Positions 9,261 through 16,675 of a DNA stretch of 24,000 nt are shown piece by piece. Made by a program: the position numbers and the translations under genes. Source of the DNA: Fontisubflavum oceani. GTDB taxonomy: Bacteria; Pseudomonadota; Alphaproteobacteria; Rhodobacterales; Rhodobacteraceae. Where the stretch lies: assembly GCF_030407165.1 (NCBI RefSeq), contig NZ_CP129111.1, positions 1,043,674 to 1,067,673 of the forward strand, in the 5' to 3' direction. Each line of letters starts with the position of its first letter. Position 1 is the first letter of the stretch. The notes below the pieces were generated by a model. It was not told the DNA's origin, made no database searches, and saw only the letters and a list, made by a program, of their open reading frames with translations.

Positions 9261-9269
9261 GAGCGGATC

Positions 9270-9554
9270 ATGGCTGAGGCGACGCCTTTGTGGGAAGTGT
9301 TTATCCGGCCCCGGAACGGGTTGAGCCATAAGCATTGTGGCTCACTACATGCGGCGGATGAGGTCATGGCGCTGAACGCGGCCCGTGATGTCTATACCCG
9401 GCGTGGCGAAGGCGTCAGCATTTGGGTTGTTCCAAGCGCGGCGGTTTTTGCCAGCGACCCGGATCAGGCGGCGGAGAATTTTGAGCCGACGGCGGATAAG
9501 ATTTATCGCCATCCGACCTTCTATGAGATTCCCGAAGATGTGGGGCATATGTGA
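9270..9554 (+). CDS. paaB: 1,2-phenylacetyl-CoA epoxidase subunit B
   Basis: 94 aa, the typical PaaB size and sequence (WEVFIRPRNGLSHKHCGSLHA...VYTRR...IWVV), positioned between paaA and paaC. Confidence 0.93.
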   Translation: MAEATPLWEVFIRPRNGLSHKHCGSLHAADEVMALNAARDVYTRRGEGVSIWVVPSAAVFASDPDQAAENFEPTADKIYRHPTFYEIPEDVGHM

Positions 9555-10300
9555 TGGCCTTGCTCAACGCGGTTTTGGAGCTGGCCGATGATCATCTGAT
9601 CTTGGGGCACCGGATTTCCGAATGGTGCGGCCATGCGCCGATGTTGGAAGAGGATCTCGCGCTGCCGAATATGGCGCTGGATATGATCGGGACGGCGCGG
9701 GTGCTTTATGACTATGCCGCGAAGTTGGAAGGCCAGGGTCGGTCCGAAGACGATATGGCGATGCTGCGCGTGGAGCGGGAGTATCGCAACTGCCTGTTGG
9801 TCGAGCGGCCGAATGGGGATTTTGCCCAGACCATGCTGCGGCAACTCTATTTCGCCACCTTTATGGAGCCGTTTTGGAAGGCGGCTTTGGCGTCGCCTGA
9901 TGAGGTGATCCGTGGGGTCGCGGGCAAGGCGGTGAAGGAGATGGCATATCACATCCGCCATGCGGCGGAGTGGGTGATCCGGCTAGGCGATGGCACCGAG
10001 GAAAGTGCCGCGAAGATGCAGGCGGCTGTCGTCGAACTGCATCGGTTCACCGGAGAACTGTTCGAGAGCAGCGCGGCAGCGGTATCTTGCGAGGCCGATG
10101 GGATCTTGCCGGTTCGCGCCGAGATGCGCGGCGAATGGGACCGGGTGATCGGGATGGTGTTTGGCGAGGCGTTGTTGGAGCTGCCCGATGTGCCCTATCC
10201 GCAAGCGGGCGGTCGCGACGGCATTCATGGCGAAGGTTTGGGCCATCTTCTGGCCGAGATGCAGTATCTTCAGCGCGCGCATCCGGGGGCGGAATGGTAG
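9551..10300 (+). CDS. paaC: 1,2-phenylacetyl-CoA epoxidase subunit C
   Basis: 249 aa with a PaaC-like ferritin fold (LADDHLILGHRISEWCGHAPMLEEDLALPNMALD). The start is GTG 9551 (GTGA overlap with the paaB stop) or ATG 9554. Confidence 0.92.
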   Translation: MMALLNAVLELADDHLILGHRISEWCGHAPMLEEDLALPNMALDMIGTARVLYDYAAKLEGQGRSEDDMAMLRVEREYRNCLLVERPNGDFAQTMLRQLYFATFMEPFWKAALASPDEVIRGVAGKAVKEMAYHIRHAAEWVIRLGDGTEESAAKMQAAVVELHRFTGELFESSAAAVSCEADGILPVRAEMRGEWDRVIGMVFGEALLELPDVPYPQAGGRDGIHGEGLGHLLAEMQYLQRAHPGAEW

Positions 10301-10782
10301 CGGTTCTGGACCACAAACGCGCTTGGGACGCGGCAGCATCGGTGCCGGACCCAGAGGTGCCCTGCGTCAATGTCGAAGAGCTTGGCATTTTGCGTAGCGT
10401 CGATCTGGTCGATGGGGTTGCGGTGGCCAAGGTGACGCCGACTTATTCCGGGTGCCCCGCGACGATGGCGATTGAGATGGCGATTGAAGTCGCGCTTCGC
10501 GAGGCCGGGTTTGATGTGCGGATCGAGCGGGTGTTGTCGCCACCCTGGACAACAGATTGGATCACCGAAGCTGGCCGCGAGAAGCTGCGCGCCTATGGGA
10601 TTGCGCCGCCGGTGGAGGCGTCGGGCTCCGTGCGCGCGCTCTTTGGGGAAGTGACGGTGGCTTGCCCGCGCTGCGGCTCGGAGCAGACCGAGAAGATCAG
10701 CGAGTTCGGGTCGACGGCCTGCAAGGCGCAGTATCGCTGTTTGAGCTGCGCCGAGCCGTTTGACTATTTCAAATGCATTTGA
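10294..10782 (+). CDS. paaD: 1,2-phenylacetyl-CoA epoxidase subunit D (SUF/MIP18-like)
   Basis: This is the C-terminal part of ORF 9970..10782. ATG 10294 overlaps the paaC stop (ATGGTAG). The product MVAVLDHKRAW...VPDPEVPCVNVEELGILR...TPTYSGCPA...CPRCGS...CLSCAEPFDYFKCI is typical PaaD. The upstream 108 codons of the ORF lie out of frame over paaC and are not coding. Confidence 0.9.
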   Translation: MVAVLDHKRAWDAAASVPDPEVPCVNVEELGILRSVDLVDGVAVAKVTPTYSGCPATMAIEMAIEVALREAGFDVRIERVLSPPWTTDWITEAGREKLRAYGIAPPVEASGSVRALFGEVTVACPRCGSEQTEKISEFGSTACKAQYRCLSCAEPFDYFKCI

Positions 10783-10794
10783 GGGGGAGAGCCT

Positions 10795-11844
10795 ATGTTT
10801 CATGACCTGAACGTGGCGGAGGTGCGTGCGGAAACCGATGAGGCGGTGGCGATCTCTTTCGAACTGCCCGAGGCGCTGGCCGAGACCTTTGCCTATCAGC
10901 CTGGGCAATATCTGACGCTGCGCGCCGAGGTGAATGGCGCGGATATGCGGCGGAACTACTCGATTGCCTCGCTACCTGGGGAGCCGCTGACCGTTGGGGT
11001 GAAGCGTGTCGAGGACGGGGTGTTTTCGACCTTCGCGCAAGGGCTGAAGCCGGGCGATGTGGTGCAGGTGATGCCGCCGGAGGGGCGGTTTATCTGCGAC
11101 GGGCAAGAGCGGGTTGTGTTGATCGCGGCGGGCTCGGGGATCACGCCGATGGTGTCGATTGCGGGCGATGCGCTGGCGCGTGGCGCCGATGTGACGCTGA
11201 TCTATGGCAACCGGCGGAGCGAGACGATCATGTTCCGCGAGACACTGGAGGCGTTGAAAGATCGCTATCTAGGGCAGTTTACGCTGATCCATGTGCTGAG
11301 CCGAGAGCCGCAGGATGTGGCGCTTCTGTCGGGTCGGGTGGATGCGGAGAAGGTGACGCGGCTGGTGCAGGCCGGAGCCGTGGACTTGGCCCATGCGGAT
11401 GGGGTGTTCCTGTGCGGGCCGGGCGAGATGATTGATGCGGTGGAGGGGGCTCTGACGGCGCTTGGCGTTGATCGCGACCTCATTCATCATGAGCGGTTTT
11501 TCATGGCGGGAGAGGCGCCCCGGATGCCGAAATCGGCCGAGGCGGAGGCCGCAGCGGCAGAAGGCGTTGAGGTGGAGGTTGTTCTGGATGGGGCGCGGCG
11601 GGTGTTCACCTATGGCCCCGAGGATGAGACGGTGATCGCGGCGGCGGAACGTGCGGGGTTGGAACTCCCCTATTCCTGTCGCGGAGGCATGTGTTGCACC
11701 TGTCGCTGTAAGGTGGAGGAAGGCAGCGCCGAGATGGCGGTGAATTACTCGCTGGAGCCTTGGGAGTTGGAGGCGGGGTTTACGCTGGCCTGTCAATCGC
11801 GGCCGACCAGCAAGAAGCTGCGTTTGGATTTTGACGCGGCCTGA
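10795..11844 (+). CDS. paaE: 1,2-phenylacetyl-CoA epoxidase reductase subunit E (FNR-like domain plus plant-type 2Fe-2S)
   Basis: 349 aa with an FAD-binding RxYS motif (RRNYSIAS), an NAD-binding GSGITP motif and a C-terminal ferredoxin motif (CRGGMCCTCRC). An SD GGGGGAG lies upstream. Confidence 0.93.
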   Translation: MFHDLNVAEVRAETDEAVAISFELPEALAETFAYQPGQYLTLRAEVNGADMRRNYSIASLPGEPLTVGVKRVEDGVFSTFAQGLKPGDVVQVMPPEGRFICDGQERVVLIAAGSGITPMVSIAGDALARGADVTLIYGNRRSETIMFRETLEALKDRYLGQFTLIHVLSREPQDVALLSGRVDAEKVTRLVQAGAVDLAHADGVFLCGPGEMIDAVEGALTALGVDRDLIHHERFFMAGEAPRMPKSAEAEAAAAEGVEVEVVLDGARRVFTYGPEDETVIAAAERAGLELPYSCRGGMCCTCRCKVEEGSAEMAVNYSLEPWELEAGFTLACQSRPTSKKLRLDFDAA

Positions 11845-11897
11845 TCGGGCGTTGAAAACTGGCTGTTCCTGACGCGATTTTGCGTTATGGAGCGGCC

Positions 11898-12713
11898 ATG
11901 AAACTTAAAAATCTTGAACTCGAAGCCACGGCGCTGATGTCTGAAGTGATCTTTGGGCATGGCTTTGCGCATTATGGCTATTTCCCCAATGGTGTGCCGG
12001 AGGTTCTCTCCGCCGAGGCGATGGGCCGGGCACAGCAGGCTTATTTCGAGAAGCTGGTTGAGGTGATCCCCGAAGGTGTCACGCGGGTTCTTGATGTGGG
12101 TTCCGGCACGGGGGCGAACGCCAAGGCGCTGATCGCGCGGGGCTTTGAGGTCACTTGTGTCTCTCCCTCGGTGCAGATGAACGAGATGGCGCGGGCGAAG
12201 CTGCCGGACGGCACCGGTGTTCACGATGCGTTGTTTGAAGAGTTTGAGAGCGACGCGCAGTTCGACATCTGCCTCTTCGCGGAGAGCTTTCACTATATCG
12301 ATCTGGAGAAAGCGCTGGCTCAGGTTGACCGTTACGCCACGCGGGGCATGGTGATGTTCGACTATTTCCGCCGGCCCGGCTTTGCGCATGGCGATGGCAC
12401 GCGCGGCACGCATCAGGCGTTTCTGGACGCGGTGGCGGCGCAGGGGGCGTTTCGGATTGTCAGCGATGAGGACATGACCGATGCGATCACACCGACCTTT
12501 GTGATCCATGAGAGCATCAAGAACGATAAGGTGGCGCCCTTCATGACGCGGTTCCGGGAGGAGATTGCGCGGGAATATCCGTGGCGCGCCTGGCTGATGG
12601 AAAAGATGCTGGGCCGGGTTCTGGACAAGCTGAACCGGCGCACCGGGCGGGCGGAGAAGTTTGCCCGCGAGCATGAATATCGGCTGGTGGTCTTGGAGCG
12701 CGAGGCAAGTTAG
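11898..12713 (+). CDS. Class I SAM-dependent methyltransferase
   Basis: ORF 11880..12713. SAM-binding motif I is present (VLDVGSGTGANAKALIARGFEVTCVSPS), followed by an acidic post-I region. I prefer ATG 11898 because GGAG sits 7 nt upstream. It lies 54 nt downstream of paaE on the same strand, with no obvious terminator between them. Confidence 0.8.
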   Translation: MKLKNLELEATALMSEVIFGHGFAHYGYFPNGVPEVLSAEAMGRAQQAYFEKLVEVIPEGVTRVLDVGSGTGANAKALIARGFEVTCVSPSVQMNEMARAKLPDGTGVHDALFEEFESDAQFDICLFAESFHYIDLEKALAQVDRYATRGMVMFDYFRRPGFAHGDGTRGTHQAFLDAVAAQGAFRIVSDEDMTDAITPTFVIHESIKNDKVAPFMTRFREEIAREYPWRAWLMEKMLGRVLDKLNRRTGRAEKFAREHEYRLVVLEREAS

Positions 12714-12729
12714 GCGCTCCAATCGGACT

Positions 12730-12787
12730 GGAGGCGCGAGGTCGCAGAGTTGGATGCCTCCGGGGGGATATTTGAGAAGCAGAGAAG
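12730..12787 (+). repeat. Intergenic repeat copy 2: weak hairpin (GGAGGC-N20-GCCTCC) plus the 22-nt core GGATATTTGAGAAGCAGAGAAG
   Basis: The core at 12766..12787 is identical to copy 1. It lies between the convergent methyltransferase (plus) and arsC (minus) 3' ends. Confidence 0.75.
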
Positions 12788-12794
12788 ACCGGGG

Positions 12795-13196
12795 TCAGGC
12801 TTTCAGTGGCTTGCCGTCTTCTTTGGTGAAATCCGCGGGCGGTTTTTGATCGAGGAGATCGAGGACGCTCTCGGAGGGGCGGCAGAGGCGGGTGCCGTTT
12901 TTGCAGGCCACGATCGGGCGGTTGACCAGGATCGGGTGCGCGACCATCGCCTCCAGCAGCGCGGCGTCACTCACCGCCGGATTGGTGAGGCCGAGTTCTT
13001 CTGCCGGGGATTTGTTCACCCGGAGCGCGTCGCGCGGGGTGAGATCGGCGGCGGCGAAAAGCGCCTGGAGTTGCGGTTGGGTCCAACCGGTCTTCAGATA
13101 CTCGATCACGACCGGATCGTAGCCTGCGGCGCGGATCGCGGCCAAGACAGTGCGAGATGTGCCGCAATCGGGGTTGTGATGGATCACGATCTGCAT
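12795..13196 (-). CDS. arsC: Arsenate reductase, glutaredoxin-coupled (R773 ArsC type)
   Basis: ORF 12795..13316. From ATG 13196 the product MQIVIHHNPDCGTSRTVL...LVNRPIV...TRLCRPSE...FTKEDG aligns with plasmid R773/E. coli ArsC as recalled, including the catalytic Cys and the three Arg residues. The upstream 40 codons overlap the aldolase gene and are rejected. Confidence 0.85.
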   Translation of the reverse strand: MQIVIHHNPDCGTSRTVLAAIRAAGYDPVVIEYLKTGWTQPQLQALFAAADLTPRDALRVNKSPAEELGLTNPAVSDAALLEAMVAHPILVNRPIVACKNGTRLCRPSESVLDLLDQKPPADFTKEDGKPLKA

Positions 13197-13200
13197 TGGA

Positions 13201-13926
13201 TCAGTGGGCATAGTCGGGCTCTTCGGCATCAAGAACGGCGCGGATTTCGGCCAGGAAAGCGGCTTCGGAGTCGGTCGCGCCCTCCATCTGTTCGGCGGCT
13301 TTTGAGGCCACCTCATCTGATAGCTCGCGCAAGGGCCGGCCCGTATGCAGCGCCAGGATGTAGTTCCGCGCCGCGCGTTCGAAATAGTAGAGCCGGGTGA
13401 ACGCTTCGGCGACGGTTTCCCCGATGATCAGCACGCCGTGATTGCCCATGATCATCGTGCGGACCGACGGGTCTTGGAACAGCCGCGCGCAGCGGGTGCC
13501 CTCTTCTTCTAGCGCGAGGCCGCCATAGTGCTCGTCGACCACCTGGCGGTTATAGAACATCGCAGAGTTCTGATCGATCGCGGGCAGGCGGCTGTCGGCG
13601 AGGCTGGCCAAAACCGTGGCATAGGTGGAATGCACATGCATCGCGCAGCGGGCATGGGGCACGTGCCGGTGCAAGCTCGCATGCAGGCCCCAGGCGGTTT
13701 GATCCGGCGCATCGGTACCCTTGGCGCTGTCGGGGTTGTTGGCGTCGATCACCCAGAGATCCGAGGCTTTCATTCGGCTGAAATGCCGTTTGGGGTTGAT
13801 CAGGAACTCGGTCCCGTCTTCGTTCACGGCGAGCGAGAAGTGATTGGCGATGGCCTCATGCATGTCTTCGCGCGCGGTCCAGCGGAAGGCGGCGGCGAGG
13901 TCTTGGCGGGCGGCGGCGTGATCCAT
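13201..13926 (-). CDS. Class II aldolase/adducin domain protein
   Basis: 241 aa with a His-rich metal site typical of the family (HRHVPHARCAMHVHSTY, NHGVLIIGETVAEAF). An SD GGGGAGA lies upstream. Its stop is 4 nt before the arsC start. Confidence 0.8.
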   Translation of the reverse strand: MDHAAARQDLAAAFRWTAREDMHEAIANHFSLAVNEDGTEFLINPKRHFSRMKASDLWVIDANNPDSAKGTDAPDQTAWGLHASLHRHVPHARCAMHVHSTYATVLASLADSRLPAIDQNSAMFYNRQVVDEHYGGLALEEEGTRCARLFQDPSVRTMIMGNHGVLIIGETVAEAFTRLYYFERAARNYILALHTGRPLRELSDEVASKAAEQMEGATDSEAAFLAEIRAVLDAEEPDYAH

Positions 13927-14179
13927 CTCTGTCTCCCCAAAGGTACAATTATGGCGGAGCCTAGGGTTGCGTCAGATGAATGGGAAGGGGTGTGTCACGG
14001 CCGTATCGCCGTTTCCGAGATGGATAAAGCTATCAGGCTTGATGGAAATTTTGGTGCTGAGCGCATTTTTTCGCCCGCGCCATCAACGATCCCCCGTAAT
14101 ACCCGGGTCTCTCCGCATTGACGCCGCATTTCACCATAATGATAGGTGACGTAAGAGCATATTGCAGATGGGTGACTAG

Positions 14180-15086
14180 ATGGACCGTTTAACGGAAATG
14201 GAAGCGTTTGCCACAGTTGTAGACCAAGGTGGGTTTACAGATGCGGCGCGGAAGCTGGGGATTTCAAAATCCGCAGTCTCTAAGCACGTTTCCAGCCTCG
14301 AAACCCGTCTCGGCGCCCGGTTGTTTGAATCGGACCACCCGTCGCGTCAGCCCAACCGAGATCGGTCTTGCGTATTATGACCGTGCCCGCCGTGTGCTCA
14401 ACGATGCGGGGGAAGCCGATGCCCTCGTCACCTCGATGCAATCCGCGCCATCGGGGTTGTTGCGGGTGTCGGTGGCGACTGATTTCGGCGTCAACCATCT
14501 CTCGCCCGTTCTTGGGGAGTTCCTGCACTCCTATCCGGATATCACGGTCAATATGATCCTGAACAACCGCTATGTGGAGCTGATCTCGGAAGGGTTCGAT
14601 ATGGCGATTCGCGTGGGTGATTTGGAAGACAGTTCGCTGCGCGCCCGGAAATTGACCGAAACCCATAAACGTATGATCGCCGCCCCCAGCTATTTCGAGG
14701 AACATGGCCGCCCCGAGAAGATCGACGATCTGAACGATCACAAGCTCTTGCATTACTCCAATCAGGCCAGTGGCAATGTTTGGAGGATTACGGCGCCGTC
14801 CGGCGAGAAGCGCCAAGTCCGCACCGCCGGGTCCCTGACCGTGAATGATGGGCAGTCCTTGCTCAACGCCGCGATCGGCGGCTTGGGCATCGCGTATCTG
14901 CCAAGCTTTCTCTATGCCGATGCCATGCGCGAGGGGTTGCTGGTGGATGCAATCCCCGAGCTTCCGGTCGATTTGCTGGGTATCTATGCCGTCTATCCGC
15001 CGGGTCGATATACGCAGCCGAAGGTACGGGCCTTCATCGATTTCCTTGTGGACCAGTTCCGGGAGAAAGGTCCCGAAGACTGGTGA
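14180..15086 (+). pseudogene. LysR family transcriptional regulator, disrupted as sequenced by a +1 nt frameshift between the HTH and effector domains
   Basis: The HTH is in ORF 14180..14380 (MDRLTEMEAFATVVDQGGFTDAARKLGISKSAVSKHVSSLETRLGARLFE). The remainder is in ORF 14229..15086 (..RTTRRVSPTEIGLAYYDRA...LysR substrate-binding domain). Removing one base within TTGTTTGAAT (14321..14330) restores LGARL(F/L)(E/N)RTTRRV. This may be a sequencing error. Confidence 0.8.
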
Positions 15087-15131
15087 GTTTCATGCCGTCG
15101 TCCCGCGCGTGTGTATTGTGGGACATTTCTG

Positions 15132-15166
15132 GGGTCCGGGTGGTATCTGCCAGCCGGGCCCTTTTT
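15132..15166 (+). terminator. Rho-independent terminator downstream of the LysR gene
   Basis: GGGTCCGG (15132-15139) pairs with CCGGGCCC (15154-15161), including one G-U pair. An inner 3-bp extension TGG/CCA adds to the stem, and TTTTT follows (15162-15166). The T-tract overlaps the stop codon of the convergent OmpA-like gene. Confidence 0.6.
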
Positions 15167-16103
15167 AATCGGTACTTGTGAGGACCACCTCAACGCGGCG
15201 GTTCAACTCGCGGCCGTCATCCGTACTGTTGGGGGCGCGCGGCGAGAGGTAGCCGACACCTTCGGCCCGCAATTGGTCGCCTGAGACATCGAAGTTGGCG
15301 ATCAAGAAATCACGGACAGCCCCCGCCCGAGAACGACTCAGCGCGATGTTGTTTTCCAAGGCCCCTTCGGCATCGGTGTGACCGACAAGAACGACTTGGC
15401 GATCCGGATTGGTGTTGAGATACGCGGCCAGCGTGACCAGCGAGGCATAGTCATCGCCCGACAGTGCCGAGGCACCGGTTTGAAACTGGAGGTCATCAAG
15501 GGTGACCATGCCCGTCGCTTCCAACGTGGCAATCAGGTCGGTGCTGTCAAAGACCGTCTGGATGTCATCGGGCGCGCGGGTGGACTGGGTCACGTCGGGC
15601 AAGGTTTCGCCCGGCGGGCCGGCATGGACCAAGTGGATAAAGGCCTTGCCGCCGCCACGCGAGATCAGGAGCGCGAGTCTATCGGGGCTGTCGCCCATCG
15701 TGCGGTCTGCGAAGAGATAGGCGAAATCGCCTAGGTTCACATGCATCGCCGGTTCGGGCACCACGTCGATCCCAAAGCGGAAATCGAACCCGCCGCAATC
15801 GCGATCGGCACAGGAAAACTGGACGTCATAACCATCGGTCACCAGTTGCGCGCGAAGCTGCGCCATCAACTGTGCACTGGTCCCGCTATAGGGGGAGATT
15901 TGCCAGACCAAGCGTGTCACGCTGCCTTCTGCGCTAAGCCGGTCAAACCTTGCTGCTGACCACGGCCCGATGGGCATTTCATAGCGGCCCATCGCCTCAG
16001 TCTCTTCGAAGGTCAGTTGCGCCGCCGCGGGCAGGCGCAAATCCAACGCTTGAACGGGCGCGGCGATGGCGCAGGCCAGAAGGATATGCGCCAGGCGTCT
16101 CAC
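15165..16103 (-). CDS. OmpA-like (peptidoglycan-binding) domain protein with signal peptide and an unassigned N-terminal domain
   Basis: 312 aa with a GTG start in a GTGA overlap with the upstream gene. It has a signal peptide (MRRLAHILLACAIAAPVQA) and a C-terminal OmpA_C motif set (FQTGASALS...VVLVGHTDAEGALENNIALSRSRAGAVRDFL...NRRVEVVL). Confidence 0.85.
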   Translation of the reverse strand: MRRLAHILLACAIAAPVQALDLRLPAAAQLTFEETEAMGRYEMPIGPWSAARFDRLSAEGSVTRLVWQISPYSGTSAQLMAQLRAQLVTDGYDVQFSCADRDCGGFDFRFGIDVVPEPAMHVNLGDFAYLFADRTMGDSPDRLALLISRGGGKAFIHLVHAGPPGETLPDVTQSTRAPDDIQTVFDSTDLIATLEATGMVTLDDLQFQTGASALSGDDYASLVTLAAYLNTNPDRQVVLVGHTDAEGALENNIALSRSRAGAVRDFLIANFDVSGDQLRAEGVGYLSPRAPNSTDDGRELNRRVEVVLTSTD

Positions 16104-16675
16104 CGATATTGCCCGTGATATTCAGCGTTGGGGCGCATATCGATGGCCGAGGCCATGCGGTTAGACATATTGAAGAACGACGCCGTCGCCGCGATGTCCC
16201 AGATGTCGCGATCAGAGAAGCCGACATCGCGGAGCGCTTGCCGGTCCGGCTCCTCGATCTTGGCGCTGTTCTCGGTCATCATCACGGCGAAATCCAACAT
16301 GGCCCTTTGACGTGGGTCGAGTTTGGCCACGCGATAGTTCATAACCAGGGCTTCGCCCAAGGCGGGATCACCCGAAAGCTGCCGCACGGCGGCGCCATGG
16401 GCGGTCAGGCAATAGAAGCATTTATTCACCGCCGAGACCGCGACCGCGATCATCTCACGTTCCAGCTTGCTGAGCCCGCTTTGACCCAGCATCAGGTCAT
16501 TATACATCGCCGTGAACGCGTTTAGTTTTTCGACATCGAAGGCATAGGCCGCGAGCACATTGGGGATCATTCCCAGCTTCTCTTGGCAGATGTCGAAGTA
16601 TTTCTGCGTGTCCTCCGGGAGCGGGTCGAGGGGCGGCAGATCTAGCGCTGTGGCGTTGGGGTCCGGTTTGCTCAT
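16100..16675 (-). CDS. Peroxidase-related / AhpD-like (carboxymuconolactone decarboxylase family) protein
   Basis: 191 aa with a CMD-family CxxC-like motif (VNKCFYCLTAHGAAV). Its start overlaps the GNAT stop (ATGA). Confidence 0.75.
   Translation of the reverse strand: MSKPDPNATALDLPPLDPLPEDTQKYFDICQEKLGMIPNVLAAYAFDVEKLNAFTAMYNDLMLGQSGLSKLEREMIAVAVSAVNKCFYCLTAHGAAVRQLSGDPALGEALVMNYRVAKLDPRQRAMLDFAVMMTENSAKIEEPDRQALRDVGFSDRDIWDIAATASFFNMSNRMASAIDMRPNAEYHGQYR

Noticed and set aside
9239-9262. Possible conserved micro-peptide encoded by the repeats (..IFEKQRR.. in the same frame in copies 1 and 2)
   Set aside because: Copy 3 changes the peptide (DIFKAEKG). There is no consistent start, stop or SD context. 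The conservation is better explained at the nucleotide or structure level.
8139-9335. 398-aa minus-strand ORF opposite paaA
   Set aside because: A stop-free antisense frame typical of GC-rich DNA. The product is low-complexity (R/P/G/H rich), and paaA on the plus strand is clearly the real gene.
9970-10293. N-terminal 108 codons of ORF 9970..10782
   Set aside because: This stretch overlaps paaC out of frame. Real paaD begins at ATG 10294, overlapping the paaC stop.
11793-12722. 309-aa minus-strand ORF opposite the methyltransferase
   Set aside because: The same antisense artefact. The plus-strand product has a clean SAM-binding motif and the minus product has none.
13967-14149. 60-aa ORF in the aldolase/LysR intergenic region
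   Set aside because: No SD and no recognisable motif, and it overlaps the probable promoter region. It is most likely spurious.
13927-15086. Somewhat lower GC in the LysR gene and its upstream spacer, as a sign of horizontal acquisition
   Set aside because: This rests only on a rough hand count over about 100 nt (near 50% GC). The difference from neighbouring genes is modest, no mobile-element hallmarks flank the region, and I cannot compute proper statistics here.
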